This document shows, in pieces, positions 12,473-25,364 of a stretch of 64,000 nucleotides of DNA. The DNA lies in assembly GCF_006345805.1 (NCBI RefSeq), contig NC_043011.1, forward strand, positions 60,586,464 to 60,650,463, read 5' to 3'. The translations under genes and the position numbers were made by a program. Below the pieces are notes generated by a model. That model had not been told where the DNA came from, ran no database searches, and saw only the letters and a program-made list of their open reading frames with translations. Positions within the stretch are counted from its first letter, which is position 1. Each line of letters opens with the position of its first letter. The stretch is from Octopus sinensis (lineage: Eukaryota).

Positions 12473-12666
12473 TATTGGTGAATTGAAGAAATGGAGCTGA
12501 ACGCAGATTGAACAGAAATCGTTTTATTTCATTCTACACGTGTTTCGAAAGGCACAAATTACCAAAATCCGATTTTGGTAATTTGTGCCTTTCGAAACAC
12601 GTGTAGAATGAAATAAAACGATTTCTGTTCAATCTGCGTTCAGCTCCATTCTTCAATTCACCAATA
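12473..12666. repeat. Near-perfect fold-back palindrome (97/96-bp arms, 1-nt centre at 12570)
   Basis: Arms are exact reverse complements apart from one indel (gaagaaatgg vs gaagaatgg); each arm carries GAAAC-ACGT-GTA and aaataaaa. Confidence 0.95.
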
Positions 12667-12822
12667 TATATATATATATATATATATCTTCAGTGTTTCA
12701 TATATCCAAAAAACAGAAGTAGACTGTAAAGCATAGACCAGTCATAGAGTGACCAGTGGATGGCTAAGCCCTTTGTAGATGCAAAATCATTAATCACTCT
12801 ATGACCATACATAGACTTAACT

Positions 12823-12866
<44 letters not shown>

Positions 12867-12954
12867 ATATATTTATATCTAAGTATATAAGGTAGCAAAG
12901 GAAAAAATTCCTTTAATTCTTTCACATGGAATTTTGTCTATCTACGTACCAATT

Positions 12955-13034
12955 GCCTTGATGAGGCTTATATATAAGGGAATTGAATTGCTTGTATATC
13001 AAAAAATGTATATAAGTCAACAGAAATTGTTGGC
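12955..13034 (+). ncRNA. Degenerate hammerhead motif
   Basis: GCC-TTGATGA; 10-bp stem II GGCTTATATA/TATATAAGTC; 4-nt insertion, then GAAAT-TGTT-GGC. Confidence 0.5.
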
Positions 13035-13340
13035 TTTTTTTTTATACAAGTGTTTACTCATAGTAATATTATGTTATATTATAATATAAATAAATTATTG
13101 GATTCTCATTTGTATCTCTCTATTTGATTTATTGTTTATAAAAGTATATATATATATATATATATATAAAAGTAGTACAAATTTGGATTCAGTGAATCAT
13201 ATAGCTTTCACAGTAATCTCTTCATTCAGAATTGGCTATCAGTTTACATAGTAATCAGTTATTAATGTAGTTTGATGTAATGTGTTCATGTACCTGAAAA
13301 TCCAGACAGTCAAAGTGCTAAATATTCCTGCAAGGAGTAT

Positions 13341-13660
13341 CATCATCATCATTGTTTAACGTCTGTTTTCCATACTAGCATGGGTTGGACAGTTCAACTG
13401 GGGCCTGGGAAGCCAGGAGGCTGTGCCAGGCCCAGTCTGATCTGGCAGTATTTCTACAGTTGAATGCCATTCCTAACGCCAACCACTCCATGTGTGTAGT
13501 GGGTGCTTTTTACGTGCCACCTGCACAGGTCCCAGACGAGGCTGGCAAATGGCCACAATCGGATGGTGCTTTTTACGTGCCACCAGCACGGAGGCCAGTC
13601 GGGGCGGCGCTGGCAACGGCCACGTTCAGATGGTTCTCTTACGTGCCACTGGCACTGGTA
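13341..13660 (-). mobile_element. Family C retroposon (VNTR head, (GAT)n tail)
   Basis: Minus strand: repeated gtggcacgtaaaaagcacc units, then gagtggttggcgttaggaa...aacccatgctag...gacgttaaac(gat)n. Confidence 0.85.
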
Positions 13661-14600
13661 TCACAGCTACAATTTCCATTGATGTTGATCGATTTCGATT
13701 TTGATTTTCACTTGCCTCAACAGGTCTACACAAGTAGGGTTTGTGTCACAAGAAGGTAAGGTACGCATAAGTAGGCTGGCTACGTCCCAGGTAGAGGCCA
13801 CAGGTTATGGTCTAGCTTGTATAAAGTATAAAGACAGAAGGTGTGAGGTAAAGATAGATTTTTGTTTTCCCCCCATTTGCATGTGGTAATGGTAATTCTT
13901 TAGTCTCCTGAATTCTTTTTTTTTATATTACTTCCAAATATTCCATGCAAACATGGTCTTTACTGCAAAAGCTATTATTCTGCTTCATTAACTGGGTGAA
14001 CTTCCTAACAGCAACCACCATTTAACCAACCAATGAGAGTGAGGAGTGGAGCCATGTTTTCTCCATCAGAAAGAATGAAGGAAGAATGAGTCAACCAGTG
14101 TCATATATCCTCTCCACAGGGGGTGGGGCCAGAAGATTATGGATGTCACAGTGATTAAGACTGATCATAAAATCATGTCATAACAGTTCAGTCCCGTCAA
14201 CCAAAGAAGCCTCATTTCATTGTTTGACTTACATGATATAACAGCTAAATATCCCTTAAATCAAACTCTAATAGTTTAGAAAGGGATGGACATGTTAGAT
14301 TATATAGTCCAACATAAGAAACCTCTACTTAGTTGCTTGACTTACTAGAAATGGCAGCTAAATCACTATTAAATCAAATTCTACTTTAAAAAACAAAAAT
14401 GATGGACATGTTAGATAATATAATCCTGTGTAAGTTCTGCCTCAATAAAGAGAAAAAGAAAGAAAACAATATGATCACAGTTGGAATTATTTACATCATT
14501 TACATTGGACGGATATTACATCTTGTTTGTTGTTAATACAACATTTCGGCTGATATACCCTATATATATATATATATATATATACATACATACACATATA

Positions 14601-14762
14601 TGACGGGCTTCTTCCAGTTTCTGTCTACCAAATCCACTCACAAGGCTTTGGTCGGCCCAAGGCTATAGTAGAAGACACTTGCATAAGGTGCCATGAAGTG
14701 GGACTGGACCCAAGACCATATGGTTGGTAAACAAGCTACTTAGCACACAGCCACTCCGGCGC
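14601..14762 (-). mobile_element. SINE family B, 5' part
   Basis: High identity to the family B head. Confidence 0.85.
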
Positions 14763-15016
14763 CTAGAAACATAGAGCATCTCAAAATAAATACAGTAACG
14801 AAAGGGTTAAGTGGATTTGGTAGATGGAAACTGAAAGAAGCTTTTGGTTTGTATGTATGCATGTTTTCTTTCTGTTTTTAATTCGCAACAGATTTTGACC
14901 AGCCACCTGCTTCTTATCAGGGCATCTTGTTTTGTTCATCATCTTTTAACTCTTAAAAAGCTCTCGCCGATTTTGATAGTCCCGGAAATTGTGATGAATG
15001 AATGAATGTGTATGTG

Positions 15017-15275
15017 AAGGCACATGGCCTATTGGATAGAGTGTTGCACTCATGGATGCCAGATTATGATATCAATCCCTGGTCCATGTAGTGCATTGAT
15101 TTCTTAAGAAAAATATTTCATTTCATGTTGCTTTGCCATCCCTTTGACACTGATGTGTGGCATATTATGCCCCTGTACAAGCAATGTCGATTTGATGGAA
15201 GGTGTGAGATAATTTAGAGCACAAAAACATTGAATCAAACATTCGGGCAGGCTGCTCAGCAAGAAACTGAGGCAG
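15017..15275 (+). mobile_element. tRNA-derived SINE (family D group); uninterrupted homologue of the satellite-bearing SINE
   Basis: Shares gtgttgcactcatgg, ttcatttcatgttgc and gcaggctgctcag blocks with the flanks of the 57-59 kb array. Confidence 0.7.
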
Positions 15276-15306
15276 CCTCCTCTGTTATCTACAATGGGAG
15301 AAACCA

Positions 15307-15342
<36 letters not shown>

Positions 15343-15904
15343 GATGGGCTTTTTCAGTTTCCGTCTACCAAATCCACTCACAAGGCATTGTTTGGCTTGA
15401 GTCTATAGTAGAAGACACTTGACCAAGGTTCCACGCAGTGGGACTGAACCCAGAACCATGTGGTTGGTAAGCAAGCTACATACCACACATATATATAGGA
15501 CAGACTTCTTTCAGTTTCCGTCTACCAAATCTACTCACAAAGCTTTCGTCAGTCCATGGCTATAGTAGAATACACTTGCCAAGGGTACCATGCGGTGGGA
15601 ACTGAACCTGGAAGCATGTGGTTGAGAAGCAAGCTTCTAACCACACATCCACGCCCAGGGTGTATGTTTGTGTCTCTTTGTCTTGATAGTTTTAAATGAT
15701 TGCCGCTGTTATACAAATCGTGTCATGCATTTTCAATATTCTGCAAATACATGTCTGGCCACAGAGGGGAAATATTACCTTGGTTCAAGACAGGTGAGGG
15801 TTGATGACAGGAAAGGCATCTCCTTCTAGAAAACCTTCTTCAATAAAACTTCATTTGACTCATATAAGCACAGAAAAGTGGATATTAAAATAACGATTGA
15901 TATA

Positions 15905-16385
15905 TAGCGGCTAACCAACTTCCGTACCAGTGGCACATAAAAGGCACCATTCGAGTCTGATCAGTACCAGCCTCGCCTTACTGGCACTTGTGCCCCGTGC
16001 TAGTAGGGTGCTAAGAGCACCATCCAAGCGTGATCTTTACCAGAGCAGCTAACTGGCTTCCATGCTGGTGGCATGTAGGAGGCACCATTCGAGTGTGATT
16101 GTTACCAGAATTGCCTTACTGGCCCCTGTGCCGTTGGCATGTGCAAAAAATTCGAGCGAGGTCATTGCCTGTACCTCCTGACTGGTCCCTGTGCCAGTTG
16201 CACGTAAAAGCACCCACTACACTCTCGGAGTGGTTGGCGTTAGGAAGGGCATCCAGCTGTAGAAACTTTGCCAGATCAAGATTGAAGCCTGGTGCAGCCA
16301 TCTGGTTCGCCAGCCCTCAGTCAAACCGTCCAACCCATGCCAGAATGGAAAGCGGTCGTTAAACGATGATGATGATGATGATGAT
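15905..16385 (+). mobile_element. Family C retroposon with multi-unit VNTR head
   Basis: About 5 degenerate ~55-65-bp units, conserved 3' body, (GAT)n tail. Confidence 0.85.
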
Positions 16386-18724
16386 TTTGTCTTGTTTGAT
16401 GGCCTTATCAATGATGATGTCATGTGAAAAGCACTGGTGATGGTGTCATGTATAAAACACGCACATTTGTGCCATGTAAATAGCACCCAATATACTCTGT
16501 AAAGTGGTTAGCATCAGGAAGGGCATCCATAGATAGAAACCATGCCAAAACAGACAGTTGGAGCCTGGTATGGCTCCTGGCCTTGCCAGCATATGTCAAA
16601 CTGTTAAACTCATGCCAGCAGGGAAAACAGACATCTGATGATGATGGTGATGAGGATACACATACACACACATTCTTTCAGTTTCCATATAAATAAAGAT
16701 ACTCGCAAGAATCTATTTGGCCCAGGGCTGAAGGTGGCACACAGTGGAATTGAACTTGTAAGCAAGTGGCTAGGAAGCAAAAATTGTTAACCGCAGCGCC
16801 ATTAGTTATATTTAACAACAGAAACCAAACTTCAAAAAACACATGACCAGGTGACTTGCAGTATCCGTTCTGGTTCTTTTAATTCCGAGTTCAAATCCAA
16901 GCCTGGTTTACTCAAATTGTAAACTTAATCCACAGTTTGGTTTAAACACTAAAAGTTGGTTTCAAATAATAACTCCAATGTAACATGTTAAAGAGGATAA
17001 AATGGTTAAGTAGAAAATAGTGTGGGGGTCACATTATGTTGAAGATTTTATAGTAGTCAAGTAAACACTATAAGTAGTTCTTATGTATGTGTAAACAATC
17101 CATTAGCGCAATTTGATCTCTTAGCTTGAGTATCCTATTTTGACAGGTTGATTGTTATTCTCATCAATTACCTTCATTGTTCATTACTGGAGCTTAAACA
17201 ATCTTTCTTCTGTTACAGAATCTTGGCTGTCGCTGTATTTCACAACTGTAAATCAAATAATTCAATGAAAGAGCTATTGTACTACTTCTTGACGAGCTAG
17301 ATATAGCAGCCAAATTTTCCTCAAAATCAAATTCAACTGTCTTAAAAGATAAATACATAAAACAGCACACGTAGTAGAATAGATGTTACAGTTTTATATT
17401 TAAGAGGTAAGGAATTATGTACATTATTTACATTATTTGCATTTGACAACAAACAAGATGAGGACAAATATCCGTATCTGTCAAATGTAGATAATGTAAA
17501 TAATGTACAGAATAGATGTTGTCCTGGAGGGGAATTTCCTGGAAAAATAATAGGACAGTTAGAGCTTGAATGCTTTTGATCATCTACATGCTCAACCAGG
17601 CTGAACCCATGGTTAATCAAAACATAAGTTTGTAAAAGAAAAAATATCTATTTTGTTATTCCCAGCCTAACCACTTTTGCTCCTCATACCTCACCTTCTA
17701 ACCCTCTTACCTAAATCATCTCCCCCACCTCTATTCTCTCTCTCTCTCTCTCATATTCTTCATATGTTATGGTTGTTTTAATCTAATCAATTACAAGGCA
17801 GCCTCTCTAGAACTGGTACTACGAAAACTGTACCCAGTATATGCTGTGAAGTGGTTGGCATTAGGAAGGGCATCCAGCCATAGAAACCTTGCGGAAATCG
17901 AGGCATTGGAGCATGACACGGTCATCTAACTTGTCACTTCTTGCAAAACTGTCCAGCACTGCCCAGAATGGAATGTGGATGTAAAAGGGATGATGACGAT
18001 GATGATGATGATGATGATGATGAAGATTATGGTGGTGATGATGATAACAATGATGATGATATCTATTTTTCCTTGGCAAAATAGACTGTGATAAACGTAA
18101 TCAAATATTCTTAGACACTTTTTTTAGGTAATCTCCACATTGTTGTGCACCAGTCAATTTTATGATCAAAGCCCAGACTTTTAGATACATAATATAAATA
18201 TACTGAATGATGGTGTGTCTGTATATTTAAAAATTTATAGTTTCATGCTTCCTTTCCTTCTCTAATGGTGTATAGAATTTATAATTTATTGCAGATGAAG
18301 CAGACTGCCAATAAATAATGGTACACAAGTGTTTTTTGTTGTTGTGTTTTTTAAATTTTCTTTCTGGTATTGATTTATCTTAAATCGTAAGTTTTAATTT
18401 AGATTAGTATTTTAGAAAGAAAGCAAACTGCAGTGATTCTGTTTTTTTTTAAAGAAAACTTTTTATGTTGTCATTAATAAAATTCAACCTAAAAAAAAAA
18501 CTGATTTGAAATAATTTTGCTTTTTTCCCTAAAAGTCGGTGCTTCATCATCACTCTCGACATCATGGTTTTGCACCCATTTTTCCATGCTCATATGAGCG
18601 AGGCAGAATTTGTTGAGACTGGATGTCCTTTCTGTTTCTAATCCTCACCTATTTCCTGATGGCCAGATTCATGGAAGATTTAAATACGAAGGACACCATT
18701 TCTATGCTGGTGATGTTTAGCACC

Positions 18725-19190
18725 ATTCAAGTGTGATCGTTGAGAGAGCGGCTATTCGAGTATGATCGTTACCAGCGTCACCTTACTGGCACTTATGCCT
18801 GTGCTAGTAGGGTGCCAAGAGCACCATCCGAGCATGATCATTGCCAGAGCAGCCAACTGGCTTCCATACACGTGGCACGTAAAAGGGCACCATTCGAGCA
18901 TGATAGTTACCAATGTCGCTTCACTGGCACCTGTGCTGGTGGCACGTGTAAAAAGATTCGAGCGAGGACATTGCCAGTACTGCCTGACTGGCCCCTGTGC
19001 TGGTGGCAAGTAAAAAGCACCCACTACACTCTCAGAGTGGTTGGCATTAGGAAGGGCATCCGGCTGTAGAAACTCTGCCAGATCAAGATTGGAGCCTGGT
19101 GCAGCCATCTGGCTTGCCAGCCCTCAGTCAAAATCGTCCAACCCACGCTAGCATGGAAAGCGGACGTTATACGATGATGATGATGATGAA
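18725..19190 (+). mobile_element. Family C retroposon with multi-unit VNTR head
   Basis: Same architecture as 15905-16385. Confidence 0.85.
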
Positions 19191-19859
19191 CATGCATTGT
19201 CATGTGAAGGTGACACAAACCAAAACACAGGCACACACAAACACAATACATCCATAAAAGATATCACCTCTGAATGAAAATCACAGCTGTTAGCCTTTTT
19301 TGCGGCGCATCTACATTGTGTATGATATATATATATATATATATATGGTTATGTATATTTGAAAGGCTTCTTTCAGCCTCCCCCAAACAAATTCATTCAT
19401 AAGGCTTTGGTTATTTGAAGGCTGTAGTAGAAGAGATTTGCCCTCTAGTGAAGTGGAGGGTGATAAGATAAATTAATTATGAAGCATTAAATATTAACAA
19501 AACACAGAAAAGGAAAAGAAAGAGAGAAAGACAAAAAGACAAAAAAAAAACTGAAGAAACATGAAAGAAAAAAATAAACCAAGGAAGCAGAAAACCTTGT
19601 TGTGTCTTGGGAGGGTCATTACATCAATAATACATGCACTGACTTAATATCAGTTCATTATTATTAGTCAGTTGGTTTAATATCCAACAAATAACTAATC
19701 GATTGTTTGCTTAATGTACTGGTTAAACAATCAATTGGTTATTTGTAAATCAATGTCCTTTTGTTGCTATGTGTGACCTCTTTAATGACATGCCCCCTCC
19801 CAATTGACTAACAATAAAGAAGTGACATTCAACCATTGCTTGTGTCTTCATCATCATCA

Positions 19860-19909
<50 letters not shown>

Positions 19910-19910
<1 letters not shown>

Positions 19911-20130
19911 GGTGGTGAGCTGGCAGAATTGTTAGCATGCTGGATGAAATGCTTAGCGGTATTTTGCCCATCGCTATGTTCTGAGTTCAAATTCTGCCGA
20001 GGTCAACTTTGCCTTTCATGCTTGGGGGGGGGGGGGGGCGATAATATAAGTATCAGCTGATCATCCGGGGTTGATGTAATTGACTCATCTCCTCCCCCAA
20101 AATGGCTGCCCTTGTGACAAAATTTGAAAT
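19910..20130 (+). mobile_element. SINE family A after (ATT)n
   Basis: Family A head and body. Confidence 0.8.
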
Positions 20131-20595
20131 CGAAATCGAAATCATCATCATTATCATAATGGCTCTCCCAAGACACAAGATTTATTTCAACACACAAATT
20201 CTCTTCAAAAATCTTGTAAACCAATTATGAAAACAAAATGAAACAAAGGGAAAGATTTCAAAGGTAATTTCTCCCTATTGTCATGGCGTCAAAGAAAATG
20301 CCACTGCACAAGAGAATGCTGCTGAAATAATAAATAACCAAAAAAAACAGAGCAGCGAATCCTGATAATATTTATAGTAATAATAAACCTTTCTTCTGAT
20401 AGGCACAAGAGCTGGGATGGTGTTAGTTAATTACATTGTCCCCAGTGCATAACTGGTATTTATTTTATTGACCCTGACAGGATGAAAGGCAAATCTGATC
20501 TTGGTGGAATTTGAACTCAGAACATAGAGGCAGAAGAAATGTCATTAAACATTTTGTCAATTGTGCAAACAATTCTGTGAGTTTGCTTCCTTATT

Positions 20596-20611
20596 TATTA
20601 TAATAATAATG

Positions 20612-20652
<41 letters not shown>

Positions 20653-20710
20653 TATAATAATAATAATAATTATAATAATTATAATAATAATAATAATAAT
20701 AATAATAAGA
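20596..20710. repeat. (TAA)n microsatellite
   Basis: Direct reading. Confidence 0.95.
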
Positions 20711-20717
20711 AGAAGAA

Positions 20718-21145
20718 GAGCACTCAGAGAGTGCAAACCTCTGTTAAGGCAATACCAATGTCCTCTCAACGATTAGCCAGAGATGATTTTTTAAATGAGA
20801 ATATGAATGGCGGTGCCCCAGCATGGCCACAGCTCGTGAGCTGAAACTAGATAAAATGAATAAAAATGAATCAGAAATAAACTCAACTGCTCTCATAAAT
20901 GAAAATACTAAAAATGAACCTGACCACTCTCAAAAATGAAGTAAAAAAACAGGAAAAATAATCCAGAATCCTTGTACGGTACTAGAATCAATCCCAAACC
21001 TAATCAGTTCATGCCAGTCACGAGGCCAAACATCCCTGAAATTTTCATGTGGATCCATCCAGTGGTTCTTGAGATATCTTGACCATGGACAAACAAATAT
21101 GACTGGAAAACAATACTGCTGCTTTCGCTAAGGCAGAGGTAATAA
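20718..21145 (-). mobile_element. Helentron-associated non-autonomous element (HINE/DINE-1-like), candidate
   Basis: Minus strand starts ttattacctctgcc...ttgttttc; short subterminal IR acctctg/cagaggt; body aagatatctcaagaaccactggatggatc; contains a SINE B tail fragment. Confidence 0.5.
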
Positions 21146-21208
21146 CTAATAATAATAATAATAATAATAGTAATAATAATAATAAAAATAATAATAGTAA
21201 CAGCAACA

Positions 21209-21655
21209 CAGACAGACAAGGTTTTAGAGCACCGAAGGCTGGATATAGTATTCTTTAGAAGGGACAAATAAGAGTGCCTGATAATTGCCATAGCAGTGCC
21301 ATGAGATCAACATATCATCATGAAAGAAAGAGAAAAGATTGATAAATATGGAGACCTGAGAATTGAGGATCGCCAAGATATGACAGCTGCGAGAATCAAA
21401 CATAAAGGTGGTCCCTGTTGTCATCGGAGCATTGGGTTCAATACCACCCGATTTGAAAAACATTTGGAAACTTTAGAAATACCTACAATCTAGGTGTAGT
21501 GCAAAAATCAGCATTGCTTGGATCTGCACACATATTGCGTAAAGTATTATGTGTCTGAGGTCCTTGAAGTGACTTGACAAACAGTACAAACCCCGCCGTA
21601 GACACAATATCTTCAATCAACAACATCACGACATTGGATACTGTGTGATGTCTTA
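21209..21655 (+). mobile_element. R4/Dong-clade non-LTR retrotransposon 3' remnant (restriction-like endonuclease pseudogene plus 3' UTR)
   Basis: QTDKVLEHRRLDIV...CLIIAIAVP...EREKIDKYGDL...KVVPVVIGALGSIP...QKSALLGSAHILRKVL* with stops and frameshifts; stop at 21555-57; (TAA)n on both sides. Confidence 0.85.
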
Positions 21656-21697
<42 letters not shown>

Positions 21698-22507
21698 TAT
21701 TATTATTATTATTATTCAGGGACCTTTTGAGTAGGATGGGCTATTTGGCCTGAAGAAAATTTTAACTGGGCCCTACCTGCAAGGTCATGCACTGTTTATC
21801 TTGATACGAGATTACCATGTCATGCACATATGGTTGTGATGCATGTGCCTGGTCTACCCATATCAGATGGGTTGTCATGACGGGTATATTGGGCTTCTTA
21901 TATTTGTGCCCCAGTGTCACTTTCATAGCATGCGCCGCTTTCTCACTCAATAATAATAACAATAATAATAATAATAACTTATATTGCTGCAGAAATAGAA
22001 TTTTTACACTAAATTTAGAAAATGGTGTTATTGTTATTTTGCCCTCAGTGGTTTCTGATTTACTCTTGTAATAGGTTTCATGGTACTGTAACCATGCTGG
22101 AAGACCACCTCGTAGGGTTAGTTAAGAAATCAAACCCAGTGATTATTTCAAGTCTGAGAATTATTTTATTTGTCTCTTTAGCCGAACCACTAAGTCACAG
22201 GGACATAAAAACAATCAACACCTGTTGTCAAGCAGTGAGTTGGGGGACAAACACAAATACATGTACACACACATATATAGAATGGGTTTCTCATGGTTTC
22301 CATCTACCAAATACACTCACATGTATTGGTTGGTAGTGGGACTGAAGCCAAAATTACATCATCAAGAAGAAAACTTCTTAACCTAAATCATACCCATGCT
22401 TAAAAAATATGTCAGTGCCTATAATGAGATTGTGCCTATAGTCATTCCCATGCCTATAGCCAGTCTGTGTCTTATAGCCATGCCTATAATTTTTCTTGTC
22501 GCATTAA

Positions 22508-22697
22508 CCCATTCGTTACTGTGTTTCTTCCAATTATTTTAAATATAACAAATAATTAAGTTGTTATCATTAAGCTAGTGTTAGGAACATAAATTGTGAC
22601 TAAGGTTTGGTGGAAGATTTTAATTCAGAACTTTTGAAAACCAGACATTTGTACTAAAGAGCCAGAGCCGGTTTCAGCCAGGTTGGTAACGAAAGAG
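22508..22697. mobile_element. piggyBac-type MITE
   Basis: TTAA TSDs (22504-07, 22698-701); TIRs cccattcgttac / gtaacgaaagag; same family, opposite orientation, at 47990-48429. Confidence 0.85.
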
Positions 22698-23389
22698 TTA
22701 ATTAATTTCCATAAGCTCAATTTTGTTAACACTTTATTTGTGACATGGTTTTCATTTTATCCCTGAGGGTGTTACCACTTTGAAAATGTAGTTTCGATAA
22801 GGTCACCGAGCTCCTTACTTCCAATGCAACTAGCAAAAGAATGCACATCCAGTTACGTCGGAAGGAAGCAGTAAGTAGAAATGAAGACAATATATCACAA
22901 AGAGCTTAAGAATTTTTAAAAACTCAAAGGATTTTAATAGAAAGAAGCATAAAGAGAAAAACTAAAATGTTCTTATGGAAACAAAAAGTTAGGTCATGAC
23001 GATTTAACACATGAAAAATCAATAGTTGTAAGTTGAATTTGTAAATTAAAGTATCATGTCTACAGAGATTCTGGAGTTTGTTCTTTGTTTTTTTGCTTTT
23101 TTACATAATAAATGAAATTATCAAATATCTGATTTTTCTATTGTTGGAGAGGTTATAATTTAAAAAAGAATAAAAATTATATCTTTTGACAAAGAATTTT
23201 GTTTTAAAAAGACAGATAAAATAGTTTACAAAATACAAAAACAAAGATGTTATGTAATGAAAATGTCAAACTAAGAATTATAGATAACGAATATTGCATT
23301 ATTAACAATAATGTTTCACTGTTGCAACCAACAGTGAGCTCTTAGCTTCCTCCCAATGGAAGCTTGCACTAAGTAATTGCAGAGAGACT

Positions 23390-23830
23390 CTGTAGCTATG
23401 TGTAAGAGAGGACTGCCGAGTATGCAATGTTTATGACACACCTATCTTCCCTGCCTGCTACTCCTGGGAAAGTCATGGGAGATGAGTCCTCGGGTACATC
23501 CTCCCTAGGGTCATATAACAAGCAACCACCATTATATTTTCTGACTGGATTCCCAAGCTTGACCAACTGACACCATGGATATTACTTGACCATCTCATTC
23601 TTGGTCTACCTCAAGGTATCTCGTCAGATGACTTGACTCAAAAACTCCATTTTGTAATCCTTTCCTGTGACATTCCGATCATGTGTCCATAGTACTGGAG
23701 CTTTGACCTCTCAGTCTGAAGTAGTGGCTTGACCTGGAGAAACTCCCTGATCTCTGAGCTATGCACCTTCTAAAGTAACGTTACTCCAGAGATCCCTCGG
23801 GCAAACCCCATTTTGGCCACTTGTATTCAC
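23390..23830 (-). mobile_element. RTE-clade LINE 3' remnant
   Basis: Minus strand RSKLQYYGHMIGM...GRPRMRWSSNI corresponds to RTE RRLRWxGHVxRM...GRPRxRW; contains stops. Confidence 0.8.
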
Positions 23831-24489
23831 AATCATGTTGACAAATGACAAATTCAATGAGAGCAGTGGTTAACAGAGATGCAGCAGCCGTCTCCAATGA
23901 CGGATGGTTGAGAGTAGCTCAGAAGAGGGCAGCAAATATCAAAAGGGTTCTATGAGTGGGTGATGGGGGTTTAGAGAGGCTGGTAGTATTTAAACCAGGA
24001 ACTATACTTATATTTTAAGCCATATGTGTGAGAACGAAATTTAGGGGTACAAAACCAAGTTTTATTGGGAGGATGTTTAAAACATTTACATTACCTTACT
24101 AAAATTGTAGGGGGTGTCTGAGCACCCCAATTCCTGAGCCAATGACTTGACACATTTTCTCAAAAAAAAATTTATAAATCTCAGCTGGAATTAGAATATG
24201 ACTAAGACATTGTGTAACCAGTGAACAGAAAACAAAGGAGATGAAGCACCAAGGCCTAATGTTGGCAATTTACTTATTTTACATCTAAATTAGTTAATTT
24301 AACTTTTCAAATAATTACTCTTTATCAAAATAAAGTAGAAATATATAAATGCTCTGTTTGGTCACTTTGCTTATTTTCAAGTCCTTTATAAAATTTTTTC
24401 TCATTATCATCATCGTCAATTAACGTCTGCTTTCCATGCTGGCATGGGTTGGACGGTTTGGCATGGGTCAGACTGCATGGCTTGGATGG

Positions 24490-24655
24490 TTTGTCCTCCC
24501 ACCATCGCTTGACAACCAATGTTGGTGTATTTACATTCTTGCAACTTAGTGGTTTAGCAAAGGAGACTGATAGAATAAGAACTAGGCTTACAAAGAATAA
24601 GTTCTGGGGTTGATTGCCACAGTCCAATGACTGAAAGAAATAAAAGAATAAAAGA

Positions 24656-24690
<35 letters not shown>

Positions 24691-24845
24691 ATGGTCTTGT
24701 TTCAGTTTCTGCCTACTAAATCCACTCACAACGTTTTGGTCAGCCCAGGGCTAAAGAAGACATTTGTCCAAGGTGCCACACAGTACGATTGAACTTGGAA
24801 CCATGTGGTTGGAAAGCAAACTTCTTACCACACAGCCATGCCCCC
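24490..24845 (-). mobile_element. SINE family B, near full length
   Basis: Head, internal (TA)(CA) tract, tail. Confidence 0.8.
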
Positions 24846-24897
24846 ACCATACTTTGCAAAGGAAGACAAAATTTACACAAAATGCACACACAGACAT

Positions 24898-24937
<40 letters not shown>

Positions 24938-25364
24938 TAAACACACACACACACACACACAGAGCAAAATATCTAGAGGCAACATTATTATTGCTTTACA
25001 TAGGGAAAGGCTATTTTGAAAATTGCAATCCAAGACAGCTCTAATGAGGCAGAGCGTCACAATAGGAATATTTCTCATTAGCAGTCGTGTTTAATTATAG
25101 TTTCCCTAGGGATAAACAAAGTGAACACAACGACATTACAAAAAACGAAATGCTCATTAGATTTCAGAATTAAATACATTACAATAGATGATATTAAATG
25201 AGAAAATGATGAAGCCCCTGTGTAGATAGTTGGCCAGCTAGAAATAACAATCAAATCTTCCTCAAACTACACTCTTCAGGACACATTTGATAATGTAGTC
25301 CTAGTTTTAATTATGCCTGGAATCTATTTGATAGATTATCTCTTTCAATATATCCTGGAGTCCA

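Noticed and set aside
18295-18314. LDLa-like DEADC terminal micro-exon
   Set aside because: Six codons with no upstream partner; expected by chance.
22768-22870. PDZ-like exon (SFDKVTELL...) ending at GTAAGT
   Set aside because: Needs a frameshift or a poor acceptor; the resemblance is too weak.
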